Assembly: GCA_051362555.1 (NCBI GenBank)
Contig: CM120641.1
Location: forward strand, 40,244,401-40,308,400
Length of the DNA: 64,000 nucleotides
From: Lingula anatina
Lineage: Eukaryota > Animalia > Brachiopoda
Direction: 5' to 3'
The notes under the pieces were generated by a model, which searched no databases, was not told the DNA's origin, and was given only the letters and a program-made list of their open reading frames with translations. A program made the position numbers and the translations under genes. Positions 1 through 13,481 of the stretch are shown in pieces; within the stretch, counting starts at the first letter, position 1; every line of letters begins with the position of its first letter.

Positions 1-3000
1 AAATACGTTTAAAATGTTTCTAATATAATTAATTTTTTCCAAACCATTCATTCATTTTCTGCATGTTTCATTATGCAAAATGTCGAAAACATGTTATTTT
101 ATGTTAAAATTGCCCCCATTCTCGCAATTGTTTTCCTTTTTCGTTAAAATACACTCAGATCACATTAATGTGGAAATTAAAAATGTTTGTACATATAATC
201 ACTGACATGAACATCAAAACTGCCTGTTTTCAAGAATACGCATCAGCAGATTTTCGACCTCTTTCTTTTAAGGGACTGCTGTCTTGTTCCCTGACAACGA
301 ATTCCCAGCAGAATTGCCTGCAGCCTCAAGCAGTAGCCTTATGTTAACTACATTCTACAAAGAACCACACGCCAAGCTTCAGGGCGCACCTGCAGCATGC
401 GCGGTTCCTTGACAGGCTGTGCTGCCGTAGGTGGCGGCCATTCTTTCGTGAATAGTGAACATTAGTCTACTAGATTAGCAACTAAAGTAGAGTATCTCGT
501 AGAAAATCTCTTTACATTTCTCTCTCTGGGCTTAACTTGCCCGGAATCGATGTCGCACAGACTCGAAGCTTATGTTCAAGGCTATCTAGCATGGATAAGA
601 TACTAGATTAAAGCTCCTAAATTGTATTTATTTGAGGTAAATTTCTTCGCGTGTTGAAGTTTCTGGGCCTTAAGAGACTAAATCCTCAACCCGTAGAAAA
701 CAAAGTGTTCGGACAGACGTGTAACAAAAACAGCTGAGAATACCAGTTGCATCTGGTATAAAGACCACGTCCCTAAATTTACAAGTCAATTTGTGGACTA
801 ACAGAAAAGCCGACATTGTGACTTAGCGTTTTATCTCCATTTCTACACATTCAACGAGACTTGTATGTAGGAAACGAAACATATTGATATTATTTTCCTT
901 AGAACCGTTCGCCAAAATTACAATTTTGCATGTCAGTTTAATACTTGCCCAAAACTGCATGCTGGTATGCTGAGTACCGTTAGAAGACGAAAAAATGATA
1001 GGGGCATTCAGTACAAAATTTTACATGTAATTGTATAAATAGCCATTATCCACGTACTGAGCTCTCAAATGGTCATAAGGAAAACCCTTACTATAAGGAA
1101 ATCAGATTAGTCTGAAATTTTTTGACGAGGTTTAATTGCGAAAATTACCTCCAAAACAAAATGATAATAAGCCTGTGCACAAATACGCCGCTGATTAATG
1201 AAACTAATTTTAGAAAGATGAACATTAATGACGGTTTATACATCATTATTTTCTTCGGCTTAATAGGTCGGCTTAAGACTACACGTGCGGACTTTTTTGT
1301 ACTGAAGATAAAAAGTTTACGCTTTGCTTTATCAACAAGTTAAGAGGCTGACCAGGGAGCACAATCGAAAGCGTCTTTAAGTTTTACCCTTTTTTGCCGA
1401 AAAAAATAAGCGGGAACTCTTGCAGAAGATAAATAAGTCAATAAGTAAAAGAATATATATTGGACATACAGAATCAGCATGTCTACTAGTATGTTTGCTC
1501 TACATTGAGACAATATGGTTCGTGGGCGTCTGTTTCACTGGAGATGGTCTTTTATTGTACAAGCGTTTGCCCCAAATAACCGCAATTGAACGAACTTGCT
1601 AGAAATTGATCATTTGGATGCAAACTTGGCTAGGAGTAGGCCCTGTGTGTTCTGATCATGCCCGGAATGTTTCATGTTGTTCACTTTTATACAGTTTCTA
1701 TAGTTTACTTTTTAAACATCTGTGAGGCAAAGAAGTGAACTTTCAGTACCCTCTACCAAGCTACAGATTGATTTTCACTTGACATATTCACAGATTTGGT
1801 TTTGGTCAATTCATGACTCAATCCTCTACTGTGTGGCCCTGGTAGTATAGAGGGTTGATATTTAGAGCGATAAGGTTTTGACTGCACTTTCGATACTCTT
1901 TATACTGCAACTCCATTTCATTGCCTGAAAAACAACAAACCAGTAATGTTTTTACCAGACGATTCTTTTTCAATATTTGGTTCCTGAAAGTAACGCATTA
2001 TTACTATCTATCACCATCATAGTCCCCATGATGCATGATCTTGTTTTTTTTATATGACAAAAACGCAGTTCTGATATTTAGAGAAGTGGTATGATAATGA
2101 CGTAATCATGATTATCGATAACATAACGTTAACTTTATATGCACCAGACTCTGCAGAACTCTGACGTTTTGGGGCCAGCTGATTTGTTCCAGTTACGCAC
2201 AATCCCTAGTTTTCAATAAATTTCAGCTTGTTTTAAGGAAGAAAACTATGTCCCTATGTTCCATACGACTCGTTAAGGAAAAACAACATTTAGAATTATA
2301 AGGGGGCGAATTCTGAGAAGTCTACTGTAGAAACTCCACGAATTTAACATTTCTTTTTTTTTTTTTTTTTTTTTTTTACAAAAAGGAAAGTTTCTTTGGA
2401 GCGAAATAGCCCCATTGTTGTTATGGATAAAACTACTTACACTGCCAAGGCGTTTTTTAGGCGGTTTTACATTTATGTGGAGACTTCAGCAACAAACAGG
2501 TTTGGTATTTGTCAAAACGCCTCAGGGACCTGAAGAGGAGTTCCTACGCCGTTTCTTGCCATGATTTTGCATGATAATTTGAAGATTCCTAACCGATAAT
2601 GGTTTCGTCGCCTTGAGACTCCGAGACGTACTCAAACCTGTTCCCTTGAATCAGTACACACTTATGAGATTTGTCGCACAAAAATGCAAATTCTTACTCT
2701 CGAGGGCCAGCAAAACCGGAAAAGCCCATTTCAGATTGCATAATATACTATATAAATATAATAAAAAAATCTAAACACTGTCGAGTTTTCCGGTACAAGG
2801 CAGTCAAAACGTTTCACACAAAGCCACAGATTACGATATTTTGTTTTAGGTTTGTCGGTGCTCCTTTCTATTTTGACCAAACGGAAACGTTTTCACTGCC
2901 ATGTGGATCCCTGAGCTTCCGTTCCATCCCTCTCGCTGGATCTCCACCAACCGGGCTGGCAATTGAACACGTGCTTGGGCTTAAGCAAGTAGCTCTGGAG

Positions 3001-3771
3001 CTCTATTTCTGCCCTGTCCTACCCTACGCAACCCGGTCTTTGGTTGATGCGTAATGAAGTTTCTAGTATTCATTGCACAAATGAAGATTGGCGACATTTT
3101 CGGTTTTACTGCCCCCCCCCCTTTCCTAACAATACGCAAACGTCTTCAAGTTCAGAAAATGATATTTTTAATATATCCAAGATCAGGAAGATATCGATTT
3201 ATATACTTTCAACATCAACAAGCACTGTGACATTACAGCAATGCATAACCTTCCAACAAGGAAAAAGTAAATTGTAATAAATAAGCACATTTATCACCTT
3301 AACAAACTTATATATACTTAAACCACAAATAATGCTAAAGTGTGCGGTCAAGTTCGTATCAGACAGTATAAGCAGCTTCAACTGCTCAGAACTGCTATTC
3401 ACCATAAAACAATTATCTCAAAGTGCACTCATCACTTTTCTAACATGGTAACTGCATTAAACGGGCAATCTGTTAAATTGAAAATAATCTATACATCACA
3501 GAGTAGAAAACTGCTTTTATTTAATTTTTTTCTGTATACACAAATACATCACAAATTAAGATGCAGAAACTGCTTAAATGGGTAAAACATTCTTCTTTTG
3601 GTATGGTTATATTGCATCATATAGTAATGAATAACACAGTGGCAACGAAACTGCCATACTTAAATGTAAAAGCGAATAAATGACCAATTGATATATATAT
3701 ATATATATATTATTTAAAGATAGGATATAAAAAAACACCAATGAAAATCTAATATATTTGCAATTTTTCAG

Positions 3772-4655
3772 GATTCGGGATGACGACTCCAAGGACAATG
3801 GCTGGCAAAATAATCCTGATATTCTATGGATTCCTTGGTTGTGCAGGTGCAATTCTATTCTTCAACTTGTTCCTTGAAAGGATCATAACATTCTTGGCAT
3901 ATGTCTTAAGACGTATACATGAACACGATCTACGACGCAAAGGACTACTAACCAAGGACAAAAATGGCCGCCGTGGTTCTCAGGGTTCGGAGGACAACTT
4001 GGATTCATGGAAACCGTCTGTGTACTGGGTGATGCTGATATTAATGCTGGGGGCCATTGTCATTGCGTGCTGTGCCTCTGCACTCTATCATCCAGTAGAA
4101 CAATGGACCTACTTCGAGGCCATCTACTTCTGTTTTGTTACCTTTGCAACAATTGGATTTGGTGACCTTGTTGTCAGTCAGTCAGCTGATTATCAAAACA
4201 TAAATGTTCACATTTATAGATTCATGAACTTCATCTTAATTGTTTTAGGTTGCTGTTGCATTTACAGCCTTTTTAATGTGATTTCTATTGTGATAAAGCA
4301 AGTTCTCAACTGGCTGATTCGTAAGCTGGACTGCAAGACATGCCAACCACGCCCCAAGCCCCGTCCAAGAAGGAATGCAATCACTCCTGGTCACCTGCAA
4401 CGAGCAACAAAAAAGAGTGATTCTACAGATGTAGATTCAAATTATGACAGTGACTACTCAAGACGGGGATCAGGGGAGATGATTTCCATGAAAGATTTCC
4501 TTCAAAATAACAAAATATCCTTACTTATGATGCAAAAACAACTGCATGATACATCAAGGCAAGCCATTTTTCAAAATGGCAGCAGCAGCGGTTTCCAAGG
4601 CGGAGTCGGACCTTTGGCAATTTTAAACAAAAAATTAGGTCAAGAAGATGTGTAA
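3772..4655 (+). CDS. KCNK13: Terminal coding exon of a THIK-subfamily two-pore-domain potassium channel (KCNK12/KCNK13 family); upstream exon(s) lie outside the window
   Basis: Acceptor ttttcag| followed by (G)FGMTTP, the end of pore loop 1. Then TM2, the THIK-like motif WKPSVYWVMLIL, second pore TIGFGD, TM4, and a C-terminus GVGPLAILNKKL resembling vertebrate THIK termini. Stop TAA at 4653-4655. The symbol denotes the KCNK12/13 co-ortholog. Confidence 0.92.
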
Positions 4656-4958
4656 ACATTGTCTAGATACATGTAATAAGTTTCATCTTTCTAAATATGC
4701 AATTCAGTTGTGTTGTGTGGACATGCACATATAAATACACATTTATAAGTATTCATAATCATAAGACATTGCTTGGTTAACAGACAGCTTAGCTGTTATT
4801 TAATTTCCGTAAGGCAAACAAGGAGTTTCATGGGTGGAATTGTGTTAGATAATAATCATGGTTGTGACACAAAACACTTAAAATTTTGATTGTGTGATAA
4901 ACCACTTTTACAATTTTTAATCTCTGTAATATTATTGTTTGATTTATTTGAAGTCTAA

Positions 4959-5153
4959 GGGTGCATTCCCAGAGATTTAGATTTAGATCGACCTAACTCC
5001 CTGGGGGTTCACGCTAAATTGCAGTCAGCCAAGTTAATTACCCACTTACAGCTTTTAGTAGGCGGGACAGATGCTTAAGCCGGCTAAGCTGACAGTAATC
5101 TAGTGAGACTCCCCACAGGGATATATCGATCTAAAATCTATGGGAATGGGGTC
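4959..5153. mobile_element. MITE, PIF/Harbinger (Tourist)-like, copy 1
   Basis: Imperfect TIRs gggtgcattcccagaga / tctatgggaatggggtc, flanked by TAA (4956-4958 and 5154-5156). The internal sequence matches 15806-16020. Confidence 0.75.
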
Positions 5154-6436
5154 TAAGTAATTGACAGCCAAGTTTACTTCGTACAAACTACGGCAGGTTT
5201 CTAAGAAAACTTCAGAAAGGGAAAATTCCAGCAACTATACCATTAATTTAGTGCCGTTGATGTGGCTACCTCATACACTTTTTTCTTCTTGCAAACCACA
5301 GATTATTTGAAACCTCAACCCAAAGCAAATCCCCTTTATTACCAATGTTGAAAAAATCATAACTTATATCCCTAATTACCATTCCAAGGTAGTTGACATT
5401 AGAAAAACATTCCCCATTTGGCTAAACTAGATTTAAATTATTCAAAACATCTCCAAGTGAACAATGTATACCACACATTTGGGTTCACCTCTTGGTACAA
5501 AGGCACTTTCAATTTAGGTCTTGGTCTCACAAAAACTCAGGGTTGTAAGATTTAGAAAAAGAATCTGAAGATGGTATATATAGCAATTTATGTCACAGAT
5601 ACAAAGTTTTATCTTTTCATCATTAATCTTTTCATTAAGATGTGTACATGCACCCCTTCCCCTTAAAAAATAACAAATAGCCCATTCAAGTGATAAGTGT
5701 TCATTGCTAGTGTTCGTCTCTTGCAACTGAGATGAAACTTATCAGACATATGCTTGGTTCTTTGTCATCCATCTTTGCCATCAATATTAGGCAATATAGC
5801 ACACAATGACTTTGACTTGCTTAATACACAATTATATATACACATTTATTGACATAAAACATGTTACCATAGAGACGCAATCTGTGAAATCAAGACAAAA
5901 CCTTTGTGAATCTTTCTTGTAAACTCTTCTAGATGTGTTTCTTAATTTAGATCAGGTTAGTCACTTTGTTTGACACAGTGTGTATATACATATATATTTC
6001 ATTTGTAGTGATGGTAAACTCATTCCAACTTCTTTAACAATTTATCACTTTATTCTCTTACAATAATCCATTCAATAATATAAATATATATTGCCTTAAT
6101 AACCATGTGCACAAGTTTAAAATAAGTACTGTTTTTGTGGACATGCTGCAATGGTGCATCTCTTCTTACATTTGTTTGTCATTCTTGAATAAATAATACG
6201 TCTTTATCAATTTTCAACCATTGTGGAGCTTGTGTTTGCCTAGTTTACCAGTAACCCACTTTGTCACAATGACAGGAATGTATCAAGTGTATTGCTTTTT
6301 GCTCGATTATTGTCAATTTGGATGCACAAAGCTGCATAACAGCTCTGCTGCCTAGACATCCAGGTCCCACACAGTTGTAATGAAGAGTGCATTGATCAGA
6401 CAGGAAAAAATTGAAGGGATGGGGGAATGTCTGAAG

Positions 6437-6598
6437 CTGGGGTAGCGCTATTTAGCCAAATGCTAAAACGTACTTAAATTGGCTAAAGAAAAAGGGCTTG
6501 ATTTGACATGTTTTTGACAAAATGTAACCATTTTGATAACAAATTGACAAAAATGTGGTGATATGGCTAAGCAAAAAAAATTGCTAGCGCTACCCCAG
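6437..6598. mobile_element. Short MITE-like element with 14-bp perfect inverted ends
   Basis: ctggggtagcgcta (6437-6450) / tagcgctaccccag (6585-6598), plus internal ttagcc/ggctaa pairs. Confidence 0.55.
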
Positions 6599-6765
6599 AA
6601 TGGTTGTGGGGATGGCAGTTGAATGGTTGTGGGAAGACTGGTTGAATGGTTGTGGAGATGGTAGTTAAATGGTTTAGGTGGGAATGGGAGTTGAATGGCA
6701 GTGGGGAGAATGGTTGAACCATTTTGGGGGTCAGACAATTGAATGGTTGTGGGTAATGGTTAATT
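6599..6765 (+). repeat. Degenerate ~21-bp tandem repeat (gttgaatggttgtgggRatggYa)
   Basis: Recurring gaatggttgtggg units. Confidence 0.7.
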
Positions 6766-9443
6766 AGTATTGGGGATTTGTTTGCTTAAGTGGCAGTTTG
6801 GAAAAATGGTTAAATGGCTACAGGGAGAGACTGGACAGAAATGGAGACTTTTCATCATTACCAAACCATTCCTATCTGTTATCTGACAGCTACCACTCTA
6901 CTTAGCTCAATGATATTTAATAATGCATGTAACAATTATAGGTGAGAAATGTATGACAGAAGTGTATTCAATCCAGGGAAGTGTATTGAAACCAGAGGAA
7001 AAAGTATCTGGCTGCATAAGCCCTAGCTGGGTTAAAAGGAAACCAATAACATGCAAAACAGAGATTTTTGTCTGATCTTAAATCAGTGACATAATCTTTT
7101 CCTGGAATGTGCTACTTTTCCTACTTGCTTTTCTTATTAAGACAAAACTGACATGCAACAATACATGCAAAGACTAGTGCAAACTTTAAAGCAGGTTTGC
7201 TTGTTGAATGGTACTAAATCGGCAGACCTTGGATGTCACTAACCAATGGGGATGCATTCACCTTGAGAAACTCAGTACAAAAACATATGTGGTCTAAAAA
7301 GTCACCTAAGGATCATGTATATATACTGATCATGAGCCATTTAACTGAGGAATCCTCGATATTTCTTCATTTCTCTATAAACGTGAATACAAATACACCA
7401 AATATGGATGGCGCAGATTTCATCATCCAGTGACCAGCAGTATAATTCAACTTTAATTGTGTCAGCTTTAATGTGCTGCAAAAGGATGTGACACTAGTGC
7501 CCTTTCATAAATGTTTTACAATCAATGTTATTCTGATAAAGGAGCTGCCTGGTGTATTTTCCATACCTAAGAAGAAATGTCAACTTAGGGTCTTAGAAAC
7601 TTAGGAAATACACCCAAAACACTATAAAAGCATAAATCAAATGCTTTTTCTCTGCTTTGACTCTGACTGGCAGATACTCACTTTCTGAATAAAATGTATA
7701 ATTAACTCAACATTTAATAATCTCTGATTGTGAGGAGGTTGCCTTGAACACCCTCATACTAGTACTCTACACTTAAACTAACATAACATATCCCTCTCAG
7801 AACTTCCATGTGCTTTAACTTCAAGTGAAAATTATAAATAACACAGACATGCTTAAAACTTTTAAAACAGCTGGACACTGGGATTAGCAGATAAAGATAT
7901 ATTTGCTAAATTGATGTAATTTCTGCTGGACTGTCCTTAAATCTAAAATGGAAGCTCTTAAAATCGTTGCTAAACCCTCAAAGCAACTGAGCACAATTTT
8001 CTATCGGTCTAAATTTTTGCTGGGACTGACAGTTTCTGATTAAGGCATATAAGTAGGTGAAATGAGAGTCTAGGCACTATCAGCACTACTAACTACATCT
8101 GATCTCTCACAGGGACACCCCTACATGCATATCTCTCTTCACCTTTCTCCAAGAAAACTGTGTAGCCTCAGCTCTGCCAACAAGTTCAATTTTCATAAGT
8201 ACCCAATCAAAATATCTAATCAAATATTCAGCAATTTAGAATTAATTTCCCAGGAGGATGGCAAACATGATACTTTGACATGGTTAGTAAATGTACAGTC
8301 CACGTCCATATGCCTTACCATGATGTCAAAGAACTATTTTCTAGGAAAAAGGAATAATCAAAGCCTGTTAATTGTGTTAGATGAGCATCACTTAAACCTT
8401 TGGGTCAATAACTTCCACCACAAAACAGAAATTAATTGGCGTCCAAAATGAAACTACATTTGGTCGATGTGATAATCTTTTGGTCAATATATAAGTGCTT
8501 TGGATTTCAGAACTATATACGGCAGTTGCTTAAACAATCTGAATGGTGCGATCAATACAACCAAATAAATAAATAATAAACTGAGATATATATGCAGAAA
8601 GGAATACGTAGTTGAAGTATGATACCCCCAGACCCCATGTTTACTACAATCATTCCACAGAAAGAGAAATAAGATCAACCCAGACTTCTAGGCCCCAAAT
8701 GCTGACCACTGCCAAAATCTGTCAAACATGTGAGCTGTTCACCTAAAATGCAAACTGATTTGGTTACAATAAAAATGATGTTATCCTTATCAACTTTTGG
8801 GCATATACAGTAACTTATATGGTCATGAAAGGTGAAGCTTTATAGAGGGTCCCACTGCATATTTTTTTCCTTCCTCATGAAACGTTCATATATTTAGCAC
8901 AATCCATGAAGAACCCCATTCCTGTCACCCCCCCCTCCTCCCTTAATGGTACCCTCTTCATATATCTGTGGTTTGCACTAGGAATGCTGAGAAAGATAAA
9001 ATTAGCAAACCAGATCAGGCCAGCCTCTAATATTCTAAAAAATAAACCATGTGTTTGTTTTGTTTTGCATCAAATTCAGGCATATCGGTTTTGTGAAAAA
9101 TATTACTTTGGAATGTCCATTTTCATTCAGTTTGTATCAACAGGGTTCTCAACTTGTACTGGGACCAGCGCACAGCTAGTGTTCTGTATAAGAGTGAATA
9201 AAAAAATCAGTGAATAGTGACCACAAGACGAGTCTATTGTCACAAGTAGACCCATTAGATTGCCTTTTATTAATACAATTTATATGACATAATTTAAGGT
9301 GATAGGATTAACTTTGAGTAACAACTGGTATTCTTTGACAGGGGTGGTCGAATTTTGATTTCAAGCAGACTCTGCAACTTAAAGCATTTCTGATCTGATA
9401 AAATAAATTTTAAACTTCTGGTTGAGTTCGGTTCACATATTAA

Positions 9444-9767
9444 AGGGATAACAACTGTTCATATTGGCCAAAAAATAGAGGATTTTCCTAGGATAAAGGA
9501 CAATTTTCCCATACCAATTGTTAATGAATCCATTACCACATTCAAAGTTAATCCCTGTTTTTTTTTCCCGAAAATTTTGGTTTTTTGTTATATTCTCTTA
9601 AGAGATTATTACAGAGTATGGCCATCTATGGTGGACACGTGACGTGATGGCAAGCACAAATTCCAGAATCATTGATTAAACCACCTTTCTGGTGGTAAAA
9701 TAGAATTCATTATATTTTTATGAGTTGTTTACCATGTATTAATGTCTTACAAACAGTTGTTATCCCT
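9444..9767. mobile_element. Non-autonomous DNA transposon with TTAA target duplication (Kolobok-like), copy 1
   Basis: TTAA|agggataacaactgtt ... aacagttgttatccct|TTAA: perfect 16-bp TIR starting with purines. A diverged copy lies at 13169-13481. Confidence 0.8.
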
Positions 9768-11842
9768 TTAAAATTTGTAGGGCCCAAGTAGACGTCAGAC
9801 CAGACATTCATCTTAATAACATAATAACATAAATGGTTTGAGTCCATCTATGCTACCAGTTTCAAAAATAAGTGAACAGGTACTGTTTCCTACACCTGTC
9901 AGAGCTAAGGGTATGTTGTCACTTTTCTTATTATGAAACAATTTTAGGTGGGGAAAGTAAATAGATGGAAATTACAATATTTTGCCTATTTGAATTGTTT
10001 TAATATACTCCTGGTAACATGGAAGTTTTAGCGGATGGTCCAAAACATCAAAAAAATTTTCAAAAGTTTTCATTGCAGTATTCGCTAAAAGCATTTTTAA
10101 AAAAATTAATTGATTTTGTTTGAACTGTTTGGCATAATACCGTATAGCAACCGCTAGAAATCTGTAGAGCTTGACAACTCATATGAACTATTGTCATTAA
10201 TTATCTTCAATAATCTAAGAATATTGAATATTCATCAAAATGAAAACCCATGGGATTTAAGTAAGAAACATGATAATCACTTACCTAATTTCCTTTCACA
10301 TGAAACACATACCCTAAAGATAAGGGGATGAATCAGTACCATGGGCAAGAACAAAAACTGACACAACCTCACAAGATGATTAGGAAACCATGTTTTTATG
10401 ATAGGCATTTAAAATAATACAGATGTACATCACACGTTCAGGAATAATTGAGTATCATGTTGATACCTCAACAAGACATAGAAAATGAATCTTTAATCTG
10501 GCATGAAAAAGGCATACTGATATTTCAGTTATCTACACTTCCTGTGTCAGAATTCAGTTTTTACCACAAAAATATCAAGTTTTTAATTTTAGCAGAACAT
10601 GATAACCTAAAGATCTCCAAACACAAAGCACGATTTGCGTGAAAATATTGATATCTGCTATTTGTCAGTTGATTATTACTGAGATGTCTGCTGTGTCTGT
10701 GCGTGGGCCTGCTGCCAACTCTGTATTACTGAGAAAATATGAATGCACATTTTCTTCTCCACATCTTATTAACAAAAAACATCCTTTGCTTATCTGATCA
10801 CTCAAGGATAAACCACTGATGACGTTCATGAAAAAATGTATGGGAAACTAAGCTGATGTATCACACTACAGCATAAATGATGCTGGGTTTTAAGTATTAC
10901 TTCAAGTTACATTTGGAGAAACAAATAAGTTATCCATTAAATAATGGATTTAAAGGAAGTTCCCTTCTTTCACCCCCCCCCCCCCCCAAACTTCAATTCC
11001 TCTAACACATATCATAATGCCCTTGGAATGTATAATCATAACTTAAGAACCATAAAGAAACTTTGCTGGCTGGTGTCAAGGTTTCACAGGTACATTTTAC
11101 TTTCTTGAGAAAAAAAAAAAATTCTATCAAGTTGTTCCACCATGGCATACAATTATTTTCAGTTGGATCACAAAATTATCCAGCCCCTCCCATTACTTCA
11201 AAATACAAAAAAAAAAAAATCCTGTTGGGTTTTTAACCTTTGCATGCCAACAGGTTCTGATATTACATCTTAATGCTGGATGAGAAATGTAGGAGATAAA
11301 AAACTTAATGACAACTTGGCCAACTGAGCAGAGCAAATGCATTCTACCAAATTAGTTGATGTGGTAATCTAGTTATCAGACAAGTGGCCTTTACCATAAT
11401 AGAAAAAGGCGTTGCAAATTGGCATCGATTGGCGTTTCAAGTGAAATGGCAAAGAATCAAGACTAATTGATGTGGCACTTTCATTGTCTGCAGAGATTGG
11501 AGCTGTCTACAATAGGCCTCTCACTCATGCATTGTAAGAATTTTTATTAAAGAGAATGAGGCATGTGTCATTAAATAAACAAAAAAAAATTCTTTACCTG
11601 TTCACTACCTATAACATCCTGCATTGTTTCATCTGAACATACATTTGATTACTTTCATTGCAACCAGAATTTGAAATGCACATATTTCCGTCAGCCCAAG
11701 GGAATAGCAACCTTAATATAGAGCTGATGCTTAGAGATTTGCCATTTCAAAAAATTCTGTTGTCTTGTTCAAAATAAAAAATCTGATGCACTGAAACATC
11801 TTTTTTTCTAGAAATTATAACTGTTACCATATATCATTGACT

Positions 11843-13012
11843 CAACAGACTGGGCAGCAGGCTCCCACACAGCGACACAACAGACTGGGCAGCCAGGCTC
11901 CCTCAGAGACACAACAGACTGGGCAGCAGGCTCCCTCAGAGACACAACAGACTGGGCAGCAGGCTCCCACACAGAGACACAACAGACTTGGCAGCAGGCT
12001 CCCACACAGAGACACAACAGACTGGGCAGCAGGCTCCCACAGAGACACAACAGACTGAGCAGCCAGGCTCCCTAAGAGACACAACAGACTGGGCAGCAGG
12101 CTCCCTCAGAGACACAACAGACTGGGCAGCAGGCTCCCACACAGAGACACAACAGACTGGGCAGCAGGCTCCCACACAGAGACACAACAGACTGAGCAGC
12201 CAGGCTCCCACAGAGACACAACAGACTGGGCAGCAGGCTCCCACACAGAGACAAAACAGACTGGGCAGCAGGCTCCCACAAAGACACAACAGACTGGGCA
12301 GCAGGCTCCCACACAGAGACACAACAGATTGAGCAGCCAGGCTCCCTAAGAGACACAACAGACTGGGCAGCAGGCTCCCACAGAGACACAACAGACTGGG
12401 CAGCAGGCTCCCACACCCCAAAGAGACACAACAGACTGGGTAGCAGGCTCCCACAGAGACACAACAGACTGGGCAGCAGGCTCCCACACCCCAAAGAGAC
12501 ACAACAGACTGGGTAGCAGGCTCCCACAGAGACACAACAGACTGGGCAGCAGGCTCCCACACCCCAAAGAGACACAACAGACTGGGCAGCAGGCTCCCAC
12601 AGAGACACAACAGACTGGGGAGCCAGGCTCCCACACCCCAAGGAGATACAACAGACTGGAGAGCCAGGCTCCAACACCCCAAAGAGACACAACAGACTGG
12701 AGAGCAACCTCCCACACCCCAAAGAGACACAACAGACTGGGCAGCAGGCTCCCACACAGAGACACAACAGACTGAGCAGCCAGGCTCCCACAGAGACACA
12801 ACAGACTGGGCAGCAGGCTTCCGCAGAGGCACAACGGACAGGGCAGTAGGCTCCCAAAGAGACACAACAGACTGGGCAGCAGGCTCCCAAAGAGACACAA
12901 CAGACTGGGCAACAGGCTCCCACACAGAGACACAACAGACTGGGCAGCAGGCTCCTAAAGAGACACAACAGACTGGGGAGTCAGGCTCCCACATCCCACA
13001 GAGACACAACAA
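11843..13012. repeat. GC-rich minisatellite, ~29-37-bp variable units with core agagacacaacagactgggcagcaggctcc, roughly 35 copies
   Basis: Directly visible tandem array. It produces the repetitive spurious ORFs (WEPAAQSVVSL / TQQTGQQAP). Confidence 0.95.
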
Positions 13013-13168
13013 ACTGCAAGATGGAAGATAGAAGGCTTAGTCTGACTTACTGTAGTGCTGTTGGCTGAAAAGGTCTAATCAAAGAAGGGGTATATTTATT
13101 ATTCATATTTCTTACCAACTGTTGACAAATTTGTTATACTTGGGAATATGGGAACAAATTATACTTGG

Positions 13169-13481
13169 AGGGATAACAACTATTCATTCTGGCCAAAAAA
13201 CAGATTTTCCTTGGGTAATTGACAATTTTCCAATACTTACTAATGGTTAATGAAACTGTACCGACATTCAAATTTAGTTCCTGTTTTTTTTTATTATAAT
13301 CTCTTAGAGATAATTACAGAGGGTAGCCATCTTTTGATGTTACATGGTCCAATATCAAGCATGGATTCCAGAATAATTGCCAAAACTGTCCTTTTGGTGG
13401 TAAAACTGAATTTATTACATTCTTATGAGTTGTTTACTGTATCTATTGTGAAATATGGATTTCATTAGAAAAGTTATCCTT
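13169..13481. mobile_element. Diverged second copy of the Kolobok-like MITE
   Basis: Starts agggataacaact, shares internal blocks (ggccaaaaaa, ttccagaat, ggtggtaaaa, atgagttgtttac) with 9444-9767, and ends gttatcct-tttaa. Confidence 0.7.

Noticed and set aside
400-830. Possible decayed DNA-transposon coding fragment (ggcggccatt motif, LEAYVQGY-like peptide)
   Set aside because: Too degenerate; multiple stops and no termini identified.
11843-13012. CRISPR-like array or Cys-rich protein gene
   Set aside because: Linkers are only a few nt and recur, so there are no unique spacers. There are no cas genes and the context is eukaryotic. The ORFs are overlapping artefacts of the repeat.
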